NCBI GenBank assembly: GCA_963843575.1
Contig: CAWJKZ010000013.1
Span: 736,001-800,000 of the forward strand
Source: an uncultured Acidobacteriota bacterium
GTDB lineage: Bacteria > Acidobacteriota > UBA6911
Reading direction: 5' to 3'
DNA length: 64,000 bases
Under the pieces are notes generated by a model that was not told where the DNA came from, ran no database searches, and worked only from the letters and a program-made list of their open reading frames with translations. Made by a program: the position numbers and the translations under genes. Positions 50,001 through 60,814 of this stretch are shown in pieces (the first letter of the stretch is position 1; every line of letters starts with the position of its first letter).

Positions 50001-52825
50001 TCTTCCTCAGGTGTCAGATCCGGGGTTTCGGCAAGTTTGAGGACCTCTCCCTGGATTTCCGGCCCGGCCTCAACGTCGTCTTCGCGGCAAACGAAGGGGG
50101 CAAGTCCACCCTGCAGCGCTTCCTGCTGGGCATGCTGTACGGCCCGTTGCGCTCCGAGGTGAAAAACCAGCGCCGGCTCGAATCCTGGGTGGACCACTTC
50201 AAACCGTGGCGGGGAGCGGATTACGGCGGCGTGCTCTGGTGCGGGCTGGGCGACGGCGTCGAGGTCGAGGTGCACCGTTCGCTGTCCCGCGACGACCTGC
50301 GCATCGAGATCCGCACCGCATCCGGGGAGGACGTCACCAGCCGTTACGAGCAGCAGCGCAACGGGGACGTTCTGTTCGCCCGGAGCCACCTGGGCATGCC
50401 CAAGGAGCTGTTCGAAGCGGTCGCGGTGATCCGGGAGAACCGGGCCGGCGAGGTGGGAAGCCACGATTCGATCCGTGAGCGGATCACAAACCTTGCTCAG
50501 TCGGGGGACGAGGAGCTGTCGGTGCGGCTCAGCCTGCAGAAGCTCGACGCGGCAGCGGAGGAGATCGGCTCGGAGCGCGCCCCGACGCGGCCCTACAAAC
50601 AGGCGGCCGACCGTATCGCCGCGCTCCAGGAGGAGAGGCGGATCCTTCTCGCGCGGCGCACGGAGTTCGAATCCTGGGTCGACGACCGCAACCGACTGGC
50701 GGCGCGCGTCGCCACCCTGGAGAGCGAACACCGGCATGCCTCCCGCGTCGCCTTGAGCGCGCGACGGATGGAGACCGCGATCCGGGTGCGGGCGCTCGAG
50801 GACCTCGACCGGGAAATCCGGGCGCTGGAGGCGGAGATCGAACAGACCGGCGGGGATCCGGAATTCCCGGCACAGCACCTGGAAGACCTCGACCAGCTCG
50901 CGGGCGGCCGCGACAGCCTCGAACGCCGGCTGGCCGAACTGCGCCAGGAGTGCTCAATCGCGGAGCATCAACTGTCCGCCCTCCGGGGGTCGCGCGCGCA
51001 GTTGGCCGAGTACGAGTTCCTCAACTCGAGCGCCGAGGCTGAAAAAGTGACCGAATGCTTTGTCGGCTACATGAGCGCCTCCCTCCAGAAGGACAACGCA
51101 CAACGCTCCGTCGCACAGCTCACGGACGAGATACGCTCGCTCGAGGAGTCCACCGCAGCGCTCGGCGAGGCCGTTGCCGACCCCGACATCGACTGGGAGA
51201 CAAAGGCGCGCCAGGCGTCCGAGCAGGAAGGCGAGTGCTCCCGGCAGATCCTGGAGCTCGCAGGGCGGCGGTCCGCGTGCACAGCCCGGAGCGTCGAGGC
51301 CAGGAGCAGATGCACCCGCAGGGTGGTGGCCGGGACTGCAGCCCTGCTGCTCGGCTGCACGTCGGCGGTCCTGGCCTTCTTCCACCCGCCTGCCGCCGTG
51401 CTCTTCGGCGCGGGACTCGCCCTGCTGGCTGCCTCCGCGGCGTGTTTCTCCCGGGCGGGGCAGGCGCGCAGGGCAGCCCTTGAAGCGGAGCTCGCCGGCT
51501 CCCGGTTGGAACGGGAGCAGACCGCCCTGCAGGAGACCTCCCGGGAGGTGAAATCCGGGGTCATCCAGGCGATGGCGAGCGGCGGTTTCGAATCCCTCGA
51601 CGACTTCCTGGCCGCCTCGAGAAAAGGGCAGCGCTACCGGGAGAGGGCCGTTCACCTCAGGTCGCGCCTCGTCGAGGCCGAGCAGCAGCGGGGGCGCGCC
51701 GCCGCGGAAGCGAACGAGCTGTACGCGAAACTCAAGCGGACCCTGGCGGGGGTCAACCTGGGTTGCTCGCCGGCAACCCTGCGTGCCCAAGTCGACGTGC
51801 TGCGCACGAATCTCCGGCGCTTCCGCGACCTGGACGGAAAGTTCAAGGCCTGTGACCAGCGGCTCTCGGGCCTGCTGCTGGAACAGGCCGAACTAGTCCG
51901 GCAAAGTGCGGAGAAGCAGGCCGCCATCGAACAGATCGTCCAGGGCGCGGGCGTAGCCACGCCGGAGGCTTACCGGGAGCGCTGCCGTGCCCGCCAGCGA
52001 GCGGTCGAGCTCATCGAGAAAAAGACGTCGCGGGCGCGCGAATTTCAGCGCCTCTGCCATCCGTCGACGCTGGAACAGTGGAGGGCGCGGCTGGCCGAAA
52101 TCGAGGCGGAGGCCGCAACCGGGGCCGATGCGACGGGGAGCCCGGGCGTCGAACAGGGTGGGGACCAGGCGCCCCAGCTGCCTTACCTCCCCACGGTCGA
52201 GGAGGCAGAAGCGGAGGAAAGACGCGTTGCCGCCGAACTCGCGCGCCTACGCGAAGAGTGCGCCATTTCGGTCGAGAGGGTCCGACACGCGTTCCAGGGC
52301 TATCGCACGGTTTCGGAGATCGAAGAAGACCTGGCCGCGGCGGAGCGGGAATTCCGGGAACTGGACGTCAACCGCCGAGCCCTCGCCCTCGCGGCCGGAA
52401 CGCTTCGGGAGCTGTCGCGGCAACAGCAGGAGTACCTCGCTCCCCAGTTAAACCGGGCGGTGGAGGGGAGGTTCCTCCGACTCTGTGCGGCACGCTATGC
52501 GGAGGTGAAGATCGATCCCGATTTCCAGATTCACCTGCGCGAATCCGCCACCGGAGAGCTTCGCAAGCTCGAGAGCCTGAGTCGGGGTACCCAGGACCAG
52601 CTTTACTTCGCCCTGCGTTTCGGCGTGCTCGACCTCGTCTCGAAACCGGAGGAGCCCTCCCCCTGCCTCCTGGACGAACCGTTCGCGGCTTACGATGGAA
52701 GCCGGCTGGCCGAAGCCATGCACATCCTGGAGGAGGAGGCCGCCGGCAGGCAGGTCCTTCTCTTCACCTGCCGGGAGGACCTACACGCCATCGCGGCGCG
52801 ATCCGGGAAATCGCTGCTGATCTGA
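49997..52825 (+). CDS. Rad50/SbcC-like coiled-coil ATPase (YhaN-like) with central hydrophobic hairpin
   Basis: GFGKF, NEGGKST, long coiled coil, LSRGTQDQLYFALR, LLDEPF, QVLLFTC; overlaps the nuclease stop codon. Confidence 0.88.
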   Translation: MIFLRCQIRGFGKFEDLSLDFRPGLNVVFAANEGGKSTLQRFLLGMLYGPLRSEVKNQRRLESWVDHFKPWRGADYGGVLWCGLGDGVEVEVHRSLSRDDLRIEIRTASGEDVTSRYEQQRNGDVLFARSHLGMPKELFEAVAVIRENRAGEVGSHDSIRERITNLAQSGDEELSVRLSLQKLDAAAEEIGSERAPTRPYKQAADRIAALQEERRILLARRTEFESWVDDRNRLAARVATLESEHRHASRVALSARRMETAIRVRALEDLDREIRALEAEIEQTGGDPEFPAQHLEDLDQLAGGRDSLERRLAELRQECSIAEHQLSALRGSRAQLAEYEFLNSSAEAEKVTECFVGYMSASLQKDNAQRSVAQLTDEIRSLEESTAALGEAVADPDIDWETKARQASEQEGECSRQILELAGRRSACTARSVEARSRCTRRVVAGTAALLLGCTSAVLAFFHPPAAVLFGAGLALLAASAACFSRAGQARRAALEAELAGSRLEREQTALQETSREVKSGVIQAMASGGFESLDDFLAASRKGQRYRERAVHLRSRLVEAEQQRGRAAAEANELYAKLKRTLAGVNLGCSPATLRAQVDVLRTNLRRFRDLDGKFKACDQRLSGLLLEQAELVRQSAEKQAAIEQIVQGAGVATPEAYRERCRARQRAVELIEKKTSRAREFQRLCHPSTLEQWRARLAEIEAEAATGADATGSPGVEQGGDQAPQLPYLPTVEEAEAEERRVAAELARLREECAISVERVRHAFQGYRTVSEIEEDLAAAEREFRELDVNRRALALAAGTLRELSRQQQEYLAPQLNRAVEGRFLRLCAARYAEVKIDPDFQIHLRESATGELRKLESLSRGTQDQLYFALRFGVLDLVSKPEEPSPCLLDEPFAAYDGSRLAEAMHILEEEAAGRQVLLFTCREDLHAIAARSGKSLLI

Positions 52826-52833
52826 GACTGCCA

Positions 52834-52860
52834 GTGGGCCGCGGCGGCCCGGCGCGGCCC
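52834..52860 (+). repeat. REP-like hairpin, family B, copy 3
   Basis: GTGGGCCGCGGCGGCCCGGCGCGGCCC, 3 mismatches to the minus-strand 10631 copy. Confidence 0.45.
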
Positions 52861-52989
52861 GGCGCCTGTAAGGTCGGTCCTTGGGTGCCTATCCGTGGAA
52901 ACGACACCAACCGTCGGACAGCCTCTTCGGCCCGGACGACGTTTGCGGTTGCTGTCCATCCTCGCGGCAGCTGGCAGCCCGCGCCTCCG

Positions 52990-55454
52990 TCAAGACTTCC
53001 CCCTCGCGGGAGGATCCAGGACTTCGCGCACCCGGGCGGCAAGCTGCTCCGGGGTAAATGGTTTGGACAAGGAAGCGACGGCGTACTTCGCGGCGTCGGC
53101 GACCACCGACTCGCTGTAGCCCGACATGTAGAGAACCTTGAGCCCCGGGAGGATCCGTCGGAGCTTGCGCGCGAGTTCGGGGCCGCGCAGCCGCGGGAGG
53201 ACAAAGTCGGTCAGCAGCAGATCGACGCGGCTTTTCTCTTCTTTCAGGACGGCAGTGGCCTCGTCGGCGCCGGCGGCCTCCCGCACCCGGTAGCCTAGTT
53301 GCTCGAGCAGGCGGCGGGTCAGCCTCCTGAGCGGCGTGTCGTCTTCCACCAACAGGACGGTTTCGGAGCCGCCGCGCGGCAGCTCTGCCGCGGTCTGGCT
53401 GGGGTGCTGGACGGGAACCTGCACGTCCGGGAGGTAGACCTTGAATGTCGCGCCATGCCCTGGTTCGCTGTAGACCCAGATGTGCCCGCCGCTCTGTTTC
53501 ACGATGCCATAGACGGTCGAGAGGCCGAAGCCGCTGCCCCTGTCCTTCTCCTTGGTCGTGAAGAAAGGCTCGAACAGGTGCGCCCGCACGCTGGGCGCGA
53601 TTCCCGTCCCGGTGTCGGTGACCGCAATCATCGCGTAGGCGCCCGGAACGACCCCGGCGTGGGTGCGGGAGTATTCCTCGTCCAGGAAGACATTGGAGGT
53701 TTCGACCAGGAGCTTGCCTCCTCGGGGCATCGCATCCCGGGCGTTGACGACGAGGTTGAGCAGCACCTGTCCGATCTGCCCCCGGTCCGCCCGCACACGG
53801 CAGAGGTGCGGGTCCAGATGAGTGACCAGCTGAATGTCGGTCCCGATGATACGCAGGAGCATCCGCTGCATCTCGGCGATGACGCCGTTCAGGTCCAGGA
53901 TCTCGGGCTTGAGGATCTGCCTGCGACTGAAGGCGAGCAGCTGCCGAGTGAGTTCCGCGCCCCGGCCGGCAGCCTTGCGCACCTCCTCCAGGTCGGATCG
54001 ATGCGGGTCGTCCAGCGGCATCCCGGTCAGGGTCAGCTCCGTGTAGCCCTGGATCGCCATCAGGATGTTGTTGAAGTCGTGTGCCACCCCGCCGGCCAGC
54101 CGGCCGATTGCCTCGATCTTCTGCGATTGACGCAGCTGCTCTTCCAGCTGCTTCATTTCGCTGATGTCCCGGACCGCAACCAGACGGGCCGGGCGCGTCC
54201 CGTACATGACGCCGAACCCGTGCACCTCCACGTCCATCGCCAAGCCGTCCTTGCGGCGGTGGCGTACGGTGTTTTCCTGGAGTCCGGGGCAGAGTTCCAC
54301 CGGGCTCGCGCCTTCGTCGGGGACCTGCACCTCATCGACGGACATGGCCAGGAACTCCTCCCGCGAGTAGCCGTACAGGCGCACGGCGGCGTCGTTGGCG
54401 GCCAGGAAGCGCATCGTCTCGGTGTCGACGAGCCACATCGGGAGCGGGTTGGCGTTGAACAGGAAGCGGTATCGTTCCTCGCTGGCCCGCAGGGCCTCCT
54501 CCGCCGCGAGTCTTTCCGTTATGTCCTCGCCTATGCTGGCGGTGCCGACGACGCGGCCATCGGGGTTGCGGAGTACCGAGTTGCTCCAGGAGATGCGCCG
54601 GATCCGTCCGTCGCGGGTGATGATTTCGTTCAGGTAGTGAACGGGGATGGAGCCGGCGGTGATGTTGTCGAAGAACATCTGCCGGACCCGGGTGCGATTT
54701 TCCGGGGGCAGGAAGGTCTCGAACCAGTTCCTGCCGACCACCTCGGTCCGGTCCCAGCCGAGGAGGCCGGCACCGAACTGGTTGCAGAATCTGATGCGGC
54801 CGTCGGGCCCCAGGACGATGGCGACGAGGTTCACGCGTTCGAGGATTTCCCGGAAGCGGCGCTCGGAGCCGCTCAGCGCCTCCTCGGCGCGTTGGTGCGC
54901 CGCGTCCCGTTCGAGGGCCTCGAGGGCGTGGCCGAGGTCCGCGGCGGCCATCTCGAGCCAGTGGAGCTCGTGGGGGCCGAACCGGTCCGCCGCCTTCGAC
55001 AGCAGCGTAAGCGTCCCCACGGCCCGCCCGCGAACCGGCAGCGCGAGGGAAACCCCGGAGCGGAGGCACGCCTCCTGCAGGACCGGGCGAAAGGGCGTGA
55101 ATCTCTCGTCGTCGAGGAGGTCGGCGAAAACGACAGACCCGGGGGGCTGGGCAAGTTCGGATCCAGCGCCATCGCGCTGCGGATCGCGTCGCGAAGCGCC
55201 CCGTCGCCTGAATCCGCCCCGTGTTGTGCCTCGAGCAGGTCCGCCCCGTCGGCCTGCGGGAGAGCGATCGAAGCGTGGGCAAAACCGCCGATCTCGACGG
55301 CGGTGCGGCAAGCCCCGTCCAGCAGCCGTTGCCGGTCCCGCGTCCGCAGGGCCAGACGGTCGAGTTCGCACACCATCAGATACAGCCGCGTCTGTCGGGC
55401 GTCTGCAGCCCGGTCGATGATGTCGCGCAGGACCCGGTCGTCGCTCGAGGACAT
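52990..55454 (-). CDS. Cytoplasmic hybrid sensor kinase (GAF-PAS-PAS-HisKA-HATPase-REC); one base missing near 55145
   Basis: QSQKIEAIGRLAGGVAHDFNN, NLVVNARDAM, FEPFFTTK, LLLTDFVLP. N-terminus MSSSDDRVLR is in the adjacent frame, with the break around a G6 run. Confidence 0.88.
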
Positions 55455-55477
55455 ATTCACACCCGTCGAGGGCACAT

Positions 55478-55906
55478 TCAGGAGGGCATGTGGGGCCGCA
55501 GCCTGCTCAGGAGTGCGGCCTTGCCCATGGCCCCGACCAGCGTGTCGACAGGTTCGCCGTTCTTGAACACGATCATGGTGGGGATGTTGCGCACACCGAA
55601 CTGGCCCGCCGCCGCGGGATTGCGGTCCACGTCGATCTTTACCACCTTGATCCTGCCGGCTTCCTCCCGGGCCACTTCTTCCAGGATCGGGCCGACGACC
55701 CGGCACGGTCCGCACCACTCGGCCCAGAAGTCCACCAGGACGGGAACGCCCGCCTGCACCTCCCGGGCGAACGTGGCGTCGGAGGCTGAAACGAGCCAGG
55801 GCAGCGGGCTCTTGCACCTGCCGCAGACCGGCAGTTCGCGCGAGTGGGCCGGCGTGACCCGGTTTTTCACCCCGCAGGATGCGCACTGGACGACGTTGTC
55901 CGCCAT
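55478..55906 (-). CDS. trxC: Thioredoxin 2 with N-terminal zinc ribbon
   Basis: CASC...NRV...CGRC plus WAEWCGPC. Confidence 0.9.
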   Translation of the reverse strand: MADNVVQCASCGVKNRVTPAHSRELPVCGRCKSPLPWLVSASDATFAREVQAGVPVLVDFWAEWCGPCRVVGPILEEVAREEAGRIKVVKIDVDRNPAAAGQFGVRNIPTMIVFKNGEPVDTLVGAMGKAALLSRLRPHMPS

Positions 55907-55934
55907 TGTTCGATCCCCCGGCGGCAGCCGGACC

Positions 55935-56846
55935 TTAATCCTTGAACAGGTTCCGAGCGATGAACAATACATTCGCAGGACGCTCGGCGAGCCGCCTCAT
56001 GTAGTAAGGATACCAGCGGCGCCCATAGGGTACATAGGTGCGGACATTGTGGCCGTGCGCCGCCAGGCTCTGCTGCAGGTCGCGCCTGATCCCGTAGAGC
56101 ATCTGAAACTCGAACCGCTCCTTGGGAATCCCGCGGGCGGCGGCAAACTCGGTAGTCGCCCGGACCATCGCCGGATCGTGCGTCGCGATCGCGTGGTAGA
56201 TGCCGCTCGACAGGAGCATCTGCATGAGCTTGACGAAGTTCGCATCCGTGTCGTCCTTCTTCTTGAAAGCCACCGTGTCCGGTTCCAGGTAGGCTCCCTT
56301 GCAGAGTCGCACGCGGCAGCCCTCCGCAATCAGCGTTTCGACGTCCTTCCCGCTGCGGTAAAGATAGGCCTGGATCACCGCCCCGACATGATCCCCTTCT
56401 TCTTTGCGGGCGCGCAGGACGAGGTCCAGGGTGCTCTGGGTAAACGGGCTGTCTTCCATGTCGACCCGAACGAAGTTGCCAAGGGTGCGGGCATGGCTCA
56501 CGATGCGCAGCATGTTCGCGTAGCAGAACTCCTTGTCGAGGGCGAGGCCGAGTTGCGTCAGCTTGACCGACACATTGCAGTCGATCAGCTCCGACCGGAT
56601 GCGATCCAACATGGTCAGGACTTCCTGGCTGGCGTTTTCCGCGTCGCTCCGGGACAGCGTGTTTTCTCCGAGGAAATCCAGGGTGCCGCGAATCTTCTGC
56701 CTGTTCAGTTCGCGCACGGCACCGACCGCGTCGTCCAGTGTTTCACCGGCGACGAAGCGCCAGGCGGTATTGCGAAAGAAACGAAAGCGCATTATGAAGT
56801 TCTTGAAGCTTTCTTGACGGGCGAGAAAGAGGAAGAGGGCGCGCAT
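55935..56846 (-). CDS. Monofunctional proline dehydrogenase
   Basis: RFVAGE, SVKLTQLG, VDMED, QAYLYR, RLCKGAY, ATHD, FQMLYG, YYMRRLAERPAN. Confidence 0.93.
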   Translation of the reverse strand: MRALFLFLARQESFKNFIMRFRFFRNTAWRFVAGETLDDAVGAVRELNRQKIRGTLDFLGENTLSRSDAENASQEVLTMLDRIRSELIDCNVSVKLTQLGLALDKEFCYANMLRIVSHARTLGNFVRVDMEDSPFTQSTLDLVLRARKEEGDHVGAVIQAYLYRSGKDVETLIAEGCRVRLCKGAYLEPDTVAFKKKDDTDANFVKLMQMLLSSGIYHAIATHDPAMVRATTEFAAARGIPKERFEFQMLYGIRRDLQQSLAAHGHNVRTYVPYGRRWYPYYMRRLAERPANVLFIARNLFKD

Positions 56847-56991
56847 GGGAGAGTCCTTGTAGCCGGAATCGTACGACGGCACCGCGCTTCAGCCCGGCGC
56901 CGCGCGAGGATGGGTCCGACGTCAAACCAGGGCGAAAGCGGCATCACCGCAACCGGCGCACAACGGCAGCCGCTGCGCAAAGGACCGGTCG

Positions 56992-57020
56992 TTGACGCCA
57001 TGTACGATCGGGAATAATAT
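56992..57020 (+). promoter_or_regulatory. Sigma70 promoter, probably giving a leaderless mRNA
   Basis: TTGACG, 17-nt spacer, TAATAT; ATG 7 nt downstream with no clear SD sequence. Confidence 0.5.
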
Positions 57021-57027
57021 CGGAATA

Positions 57028-57687
57028 ATGATCACAGTCCCAATATTTCCTTTGCCCAATGCCGTGCTCTTTCCCAAGACCCTCATGCCGCTTCACGTTT
57101 TCGAGGAAAGGTACCGCAGGATGACCCGCGAGGCCATCAAGGGGGACGGGCAGATTGCGATCGTTCTGCTGCGCGAGGGGTGGGAGGCGGATTACGACAA
57201 CGCCCCGGCCGTGCACGACGTCCTCTGTGTCGGGAGGATCGAGAATTACGAAGAACTGGACGGGGGCAAATACAACATCGTGCTGGCGGGCGTGCACCGG
57301 GCCCGGTTGATCCGGGAAGTGCAGCGGTTCCCGTACCGCCTCGCGGAGGTGGAGCCCCTGGACGACACCGCCGCGGACGAACTCCAGGGCGACATCATCG
57401 GGCGCCGCAACCACCTGGGCGGCCTGTTCACCCGCTTCACCGAGCTGGCCATGGAAGGGAAGCATCGCGTCGTGGAACTCGTACCCCAGCTCGGGTTCGA
57501 AGCCCTCGTAAACATGGTGGCATCGACCCTGAACCTGCCGGCCGAGGAGAAGCAGATGCTGCTGGAGATGGACGACGTGGTGCTGCGTTGCGACAGCCTC
57601 ATCCCGGTGTTGCAGCAGCAACTGGAGTCCCTCATCGTCGTGCGGACCTACGAGCACCTCAAGCCCGAAGACCCGTCGAGAAACTGA
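57028..57687 (+). CDS. Stand-alone Lon N-terminal substrate-binding domain protein
   Basis: PIFPLPNAVLFP...PLHVFEERYRRM; EKQMLLE; terminal PSRN. Confidence 0.88.
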   Translation: MITVPIFPLPNAVLFPKTLMPLHVFEERYRRMTREAIKGDGQIAIVLLREGWEADYDNAPAVHDVLCVGRIENYEELDGGKYNIVLAGVHRARLIREVQRFPYRLAEVEPLDDTAADELQGDIIGRRNHLGGLFTRFTELAMEGKHRVVELVPQLGFEALVNMVASTLNLPAEEKQMLLEMDDVVLRCDSLIPVLQQQLESLIVVRTYEHLKPEDPSRN

Positions 57688-57700
57688 AAGGAAGAGCAGG

Positions 57701-58972
57701 ATGCACTACCCGGACATGTACGCCGTGCGCCAGACATTCGCCCGCGAGCGGGAAACGGATATCCCCGACGCCGTGCGCCGCGAAATGACGCGTCTTGCCG
57801 CGCGGCTGCAGCTCAGACCCGGAGCCCGCGTCGGGGTGGCCGTCGGGAGCCGCGGCATCAGAGACATCGCGGCGGTGACCCAGGGCGTGGTCGACGGTCT
57901 CAAGCGCCTCGGCGCCGAGCCGTTTGTCTTCCCGGCCATGGGGAGCCATGGCGGCGGGACGGCGGAGGGGCAGGCCGCCGTACTGCATCACTACGGCATT
58001 ACGGAAGCGTCGATGCGCTGCCCCATCCTTTCACGCATGGACACCGTGCAGATCGGCGCGTCGCCGGAGGGCATCCCGGTTTTCCTGGACAGGAACGCCT
58101 CTGAAGCGGACCACGTCGTCCCGATCAACCGCGTCAAATCCCACACCGAATTCAAAGGTGAAATCGAAAGCGGCATCATGAAGATGCTGCTGATCGGGAT
58201 GGGCAAGCAGGACGGGGCGCGGATCTATCACCGGGCGTTCGCCGACTACGGATTCGACCGGATCGTCGCCGGGCTGGCCCGGGTCGTGATCGAGAAAGCC
58301 CGCGTGCTGTTCGGAATGGCGATCATCGAGAACGCCTACCAGGAGACGGCCCTCCTGCGCGGGCTGTTGCCCGACGAGATCGTCCAGGAGGAACGGCGGC
58401 TGCTCCGGAAGGCCAAGGAACTCGCGCCGCGCCTGCCCTTCGACGACATCGACATCCTGATCGTCGACGAGATGGGCAAGAACGTCAGCGGCTCGGGGAT
58501 GGACACGAACGTGATCGGGCGGTTCTACAACCACGTCGCCCGGGAGCCGGAAAAGCCGCGCATCAAACGCATCTACGTGCGCGATCTGACACCCGAGAGC
58601 ATGGGCAACGCCTGCGGCATCGGGCTGGCGGACTACGTGCACCGTGCTCTCGTCGACAAAGTCGACCTCCCCGCCACCAACACCAACTGCATCACGGCCG
58701 GAAACCCTGAAAAGGGCCGCATCCCGATCTCTTGCGCAACCGATCGCGAGGCACTCGATTTCTGCTTCGCCACCGTGGGGCTCACCACGCCCGAAGATGC
58801 CCGCGTCGTCTGGATCCGGAACACGCTGGATTTGACAGAAGCGGAAATATCGCGGACACTGAGGGTTCAGGTGGACGGCCGGGCGGACCTCAGCGTCGCA
58901 GGAGGCCCGGTCGCGCTCGCCTGCGACGAAGCCGGCAGGCTCCGACCTCTCGCGCGCACCGCGCACGCCTGA
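57701..58972 (+). CDS. Lactate-racemase N-domain/DUF362-like protein
   Basis: AVGSRGI, PAMGSHGGGTAEGQ, NRVKSHTEF, GKNVSGSGMDTNV, IRNTL. Confidence 0.8.
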   Translation: MHYPDMYAVRQTFARERETDIPDAVRREMTRLAARLQLRPGARVGVAVGSRGIRDIAAVTQGVVDGLKRLGAEPFVFPAMGSHGGGTAEGQAAVLHHYGITEASMRCPILSRMDTVQIGASPEGIPVFLDRNASEADHVVPINRVKSHTEFKGEIESGIMKMLLIGMGKQDGARIYHRAFADYGFDRIVAGLARVVIEKARVLFGMAIIENAYQETALLRGLLPDEIVQEERRLLRKAKELAPRLPFDDIDILIVDEMGKNVSGSGMDTNVIGRFYNHVAREPEKPRIKRIYVRDLTPESMGNACGIGLADYVHRALVDKVDLPATNTNCITAGNPEKGRIPISCATDREALDFCFATVGLTTPEDARVVWIRNTLDLTEAEISRTLRVQVDGRADLSVAGGPVALACDEAGRLRPLARTAHA

Positions 58973-59056
58973 GCCCGCCGGACTCCCGGGCAAAACCTCG
59001 AAACCCGGGCAGGCGCCGGCCCCAAGGCCGGACGGCAACCTGGAACTGGCGACACG

Positions 59057-60801
59057 ATGAAAGGCAAATACCCGGAGTACCCGTCGCACAGCATATCCGA
59101 CATCCGCGACATGTTCCTGAAGAGCGTCGCCGAGTTCCCCGACCGCATCGCTCTGCAGCACAAGAAGGCGGGCCGCTGGATCCCGATCACCTATCGCGAG
59201 CTGGCCGGCGCGGTGGAGCAATTCGCCTGCGGCCTCGCGGCCGTCGGCCTGAAACCGGTCGAAAGCAAGCTGGCCATCCTGGGAGACAACCGGCCCGAGT
59301 GGGCCGTGAGTTATCTGGCGGCGGCGTGCACCGGGATCGTCTGCGTCCCCATCGACAGAGACCTCCGCGAGACCGAGGTGTACCACATCCTCTACCTGTC
59401 CGGCGTGCAGGGCGTCGTGGCCGATGCCCGCCACATCGACATGGTGCAGGAAATCCGGAAAAAGTTGCCGCACCTGCGCGTGCTGATCGACATGGATATC
59501 GACGAGGCGGAGGCGGGGGACCGGATCCACGGCTTCGAGCAGGTCCGGAGGCTGGGCGAGGAGCGGATCCGGGCAGGCACCAACGACTATGCCGTGGCCA
59601 GGATCACGCCCGACCACCTGGTCTCCATCCTCTTCACCTCCGGAACCATGGGCAACTCCAAGGGGGTGATGCTGACCCACGGCAACATCGCCAACAACAT
59701 CGAGGATGCGGTGAAGTACGTCGACCTGCAGACGGAGGACCGCTTCCTCTCCGTCCTGCCGCTGCACCACAGCTACGAGTGCACCGACGGCTTCCTGCTC
59801 GCGCTCTACCGCGGCTCGATGGTCTCGTATGCGGAGAACCTGCGCCGCATCGCCGAAAACCTGGCCGAGACGCACGCCACGGCGATGCTGGGAGTCCCGC
59901 TGCTGTGGCACGCGCTCTACAAGCGGATCGAGGCGGGCATGGAGGAGAAAGGCCGCTGGAAGGTGACGGCTGCCAAGCGGCTGGCCTCCTTTTCGGAGAA
60001 GGCACTCGGGAAAAACATCCGTCGCAGGCTGTTCGGCAGAGGTGCACGAGAAATTCGGCGGCTCGCTGCGCATCCTCATCTCCGGCGGCGCCGCCATCGA
60101 CCCGGCCGTGGCCAGAGGATTCCGCGAGTTGGGCATAGTGTTCCTGCAGGGCTACGGCCTGACGGAGTCGGCGCCGATCATCGCCTGCAACCGCAACAAG
60201 GCGTTCAAGGACGACGCGGCCGGGCTGCCGATGCCGAGCGTGGAGGTCAAGATCGCGGACGACGGCGAGGTCCTCGCCCGCGGCCCCAACATCATGCGCG
60301 GCTATTACAACAACCCCGAGGCGACGCGCGACACGCTCGTCGACGGATGGCTGCACACGGGCGATCTCGGATATCTCGATCGGGACGGGTTTCTCCACAT
60401 CCTGGGACGCAAAAAGGCCGTCATCGTGACCCCGGGAGGCAAGAAAGTCTATCCGGAAGAGGTGGAGGCGGAACTGCTGAAGTCCACCTACATCTCCGAG
60501 TGCCTCGTCTGGGGCGACAGCGACGGCCGCCCGCGCGATGAGCCCGAAGTCTGTGCCATCGTCGTCCCCAACATAGAGGCGTTCGTCAGCGAGGGGCTCG
60601 AGCAGTCGGGCGCGGTGGACAGCGCCAGAGCTCGAGGAGATCCTGCGCCGCGAGGTGAAGGAGCACTGCCAGAAACTCGCCCCATTCAAGCGGGTCACCA
60701 AGCTCGTCATCCGCAACGAGGAATTCGAAAAGACCACCACCAGGAAGATCAAGCGCTATCTCTACACCGGGAAGCCGTCGGCCGTCGGCACCCGGCCCTA
60801 G
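59057..60801 (+). CDS. Long-chain fatty acid-CoA ligase; extra bases near 60040 and 60630
   Basis: FTSGTMGNSKGV, LPLHHSYE; then SGGAA, QGYGLTE, GWLHTGD; then EEFEKTTTRKIKR, ending at TAG 60801. Confidence 0.9.
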
Positions 60802-60814
60802 CTGCGGGGCCGTG

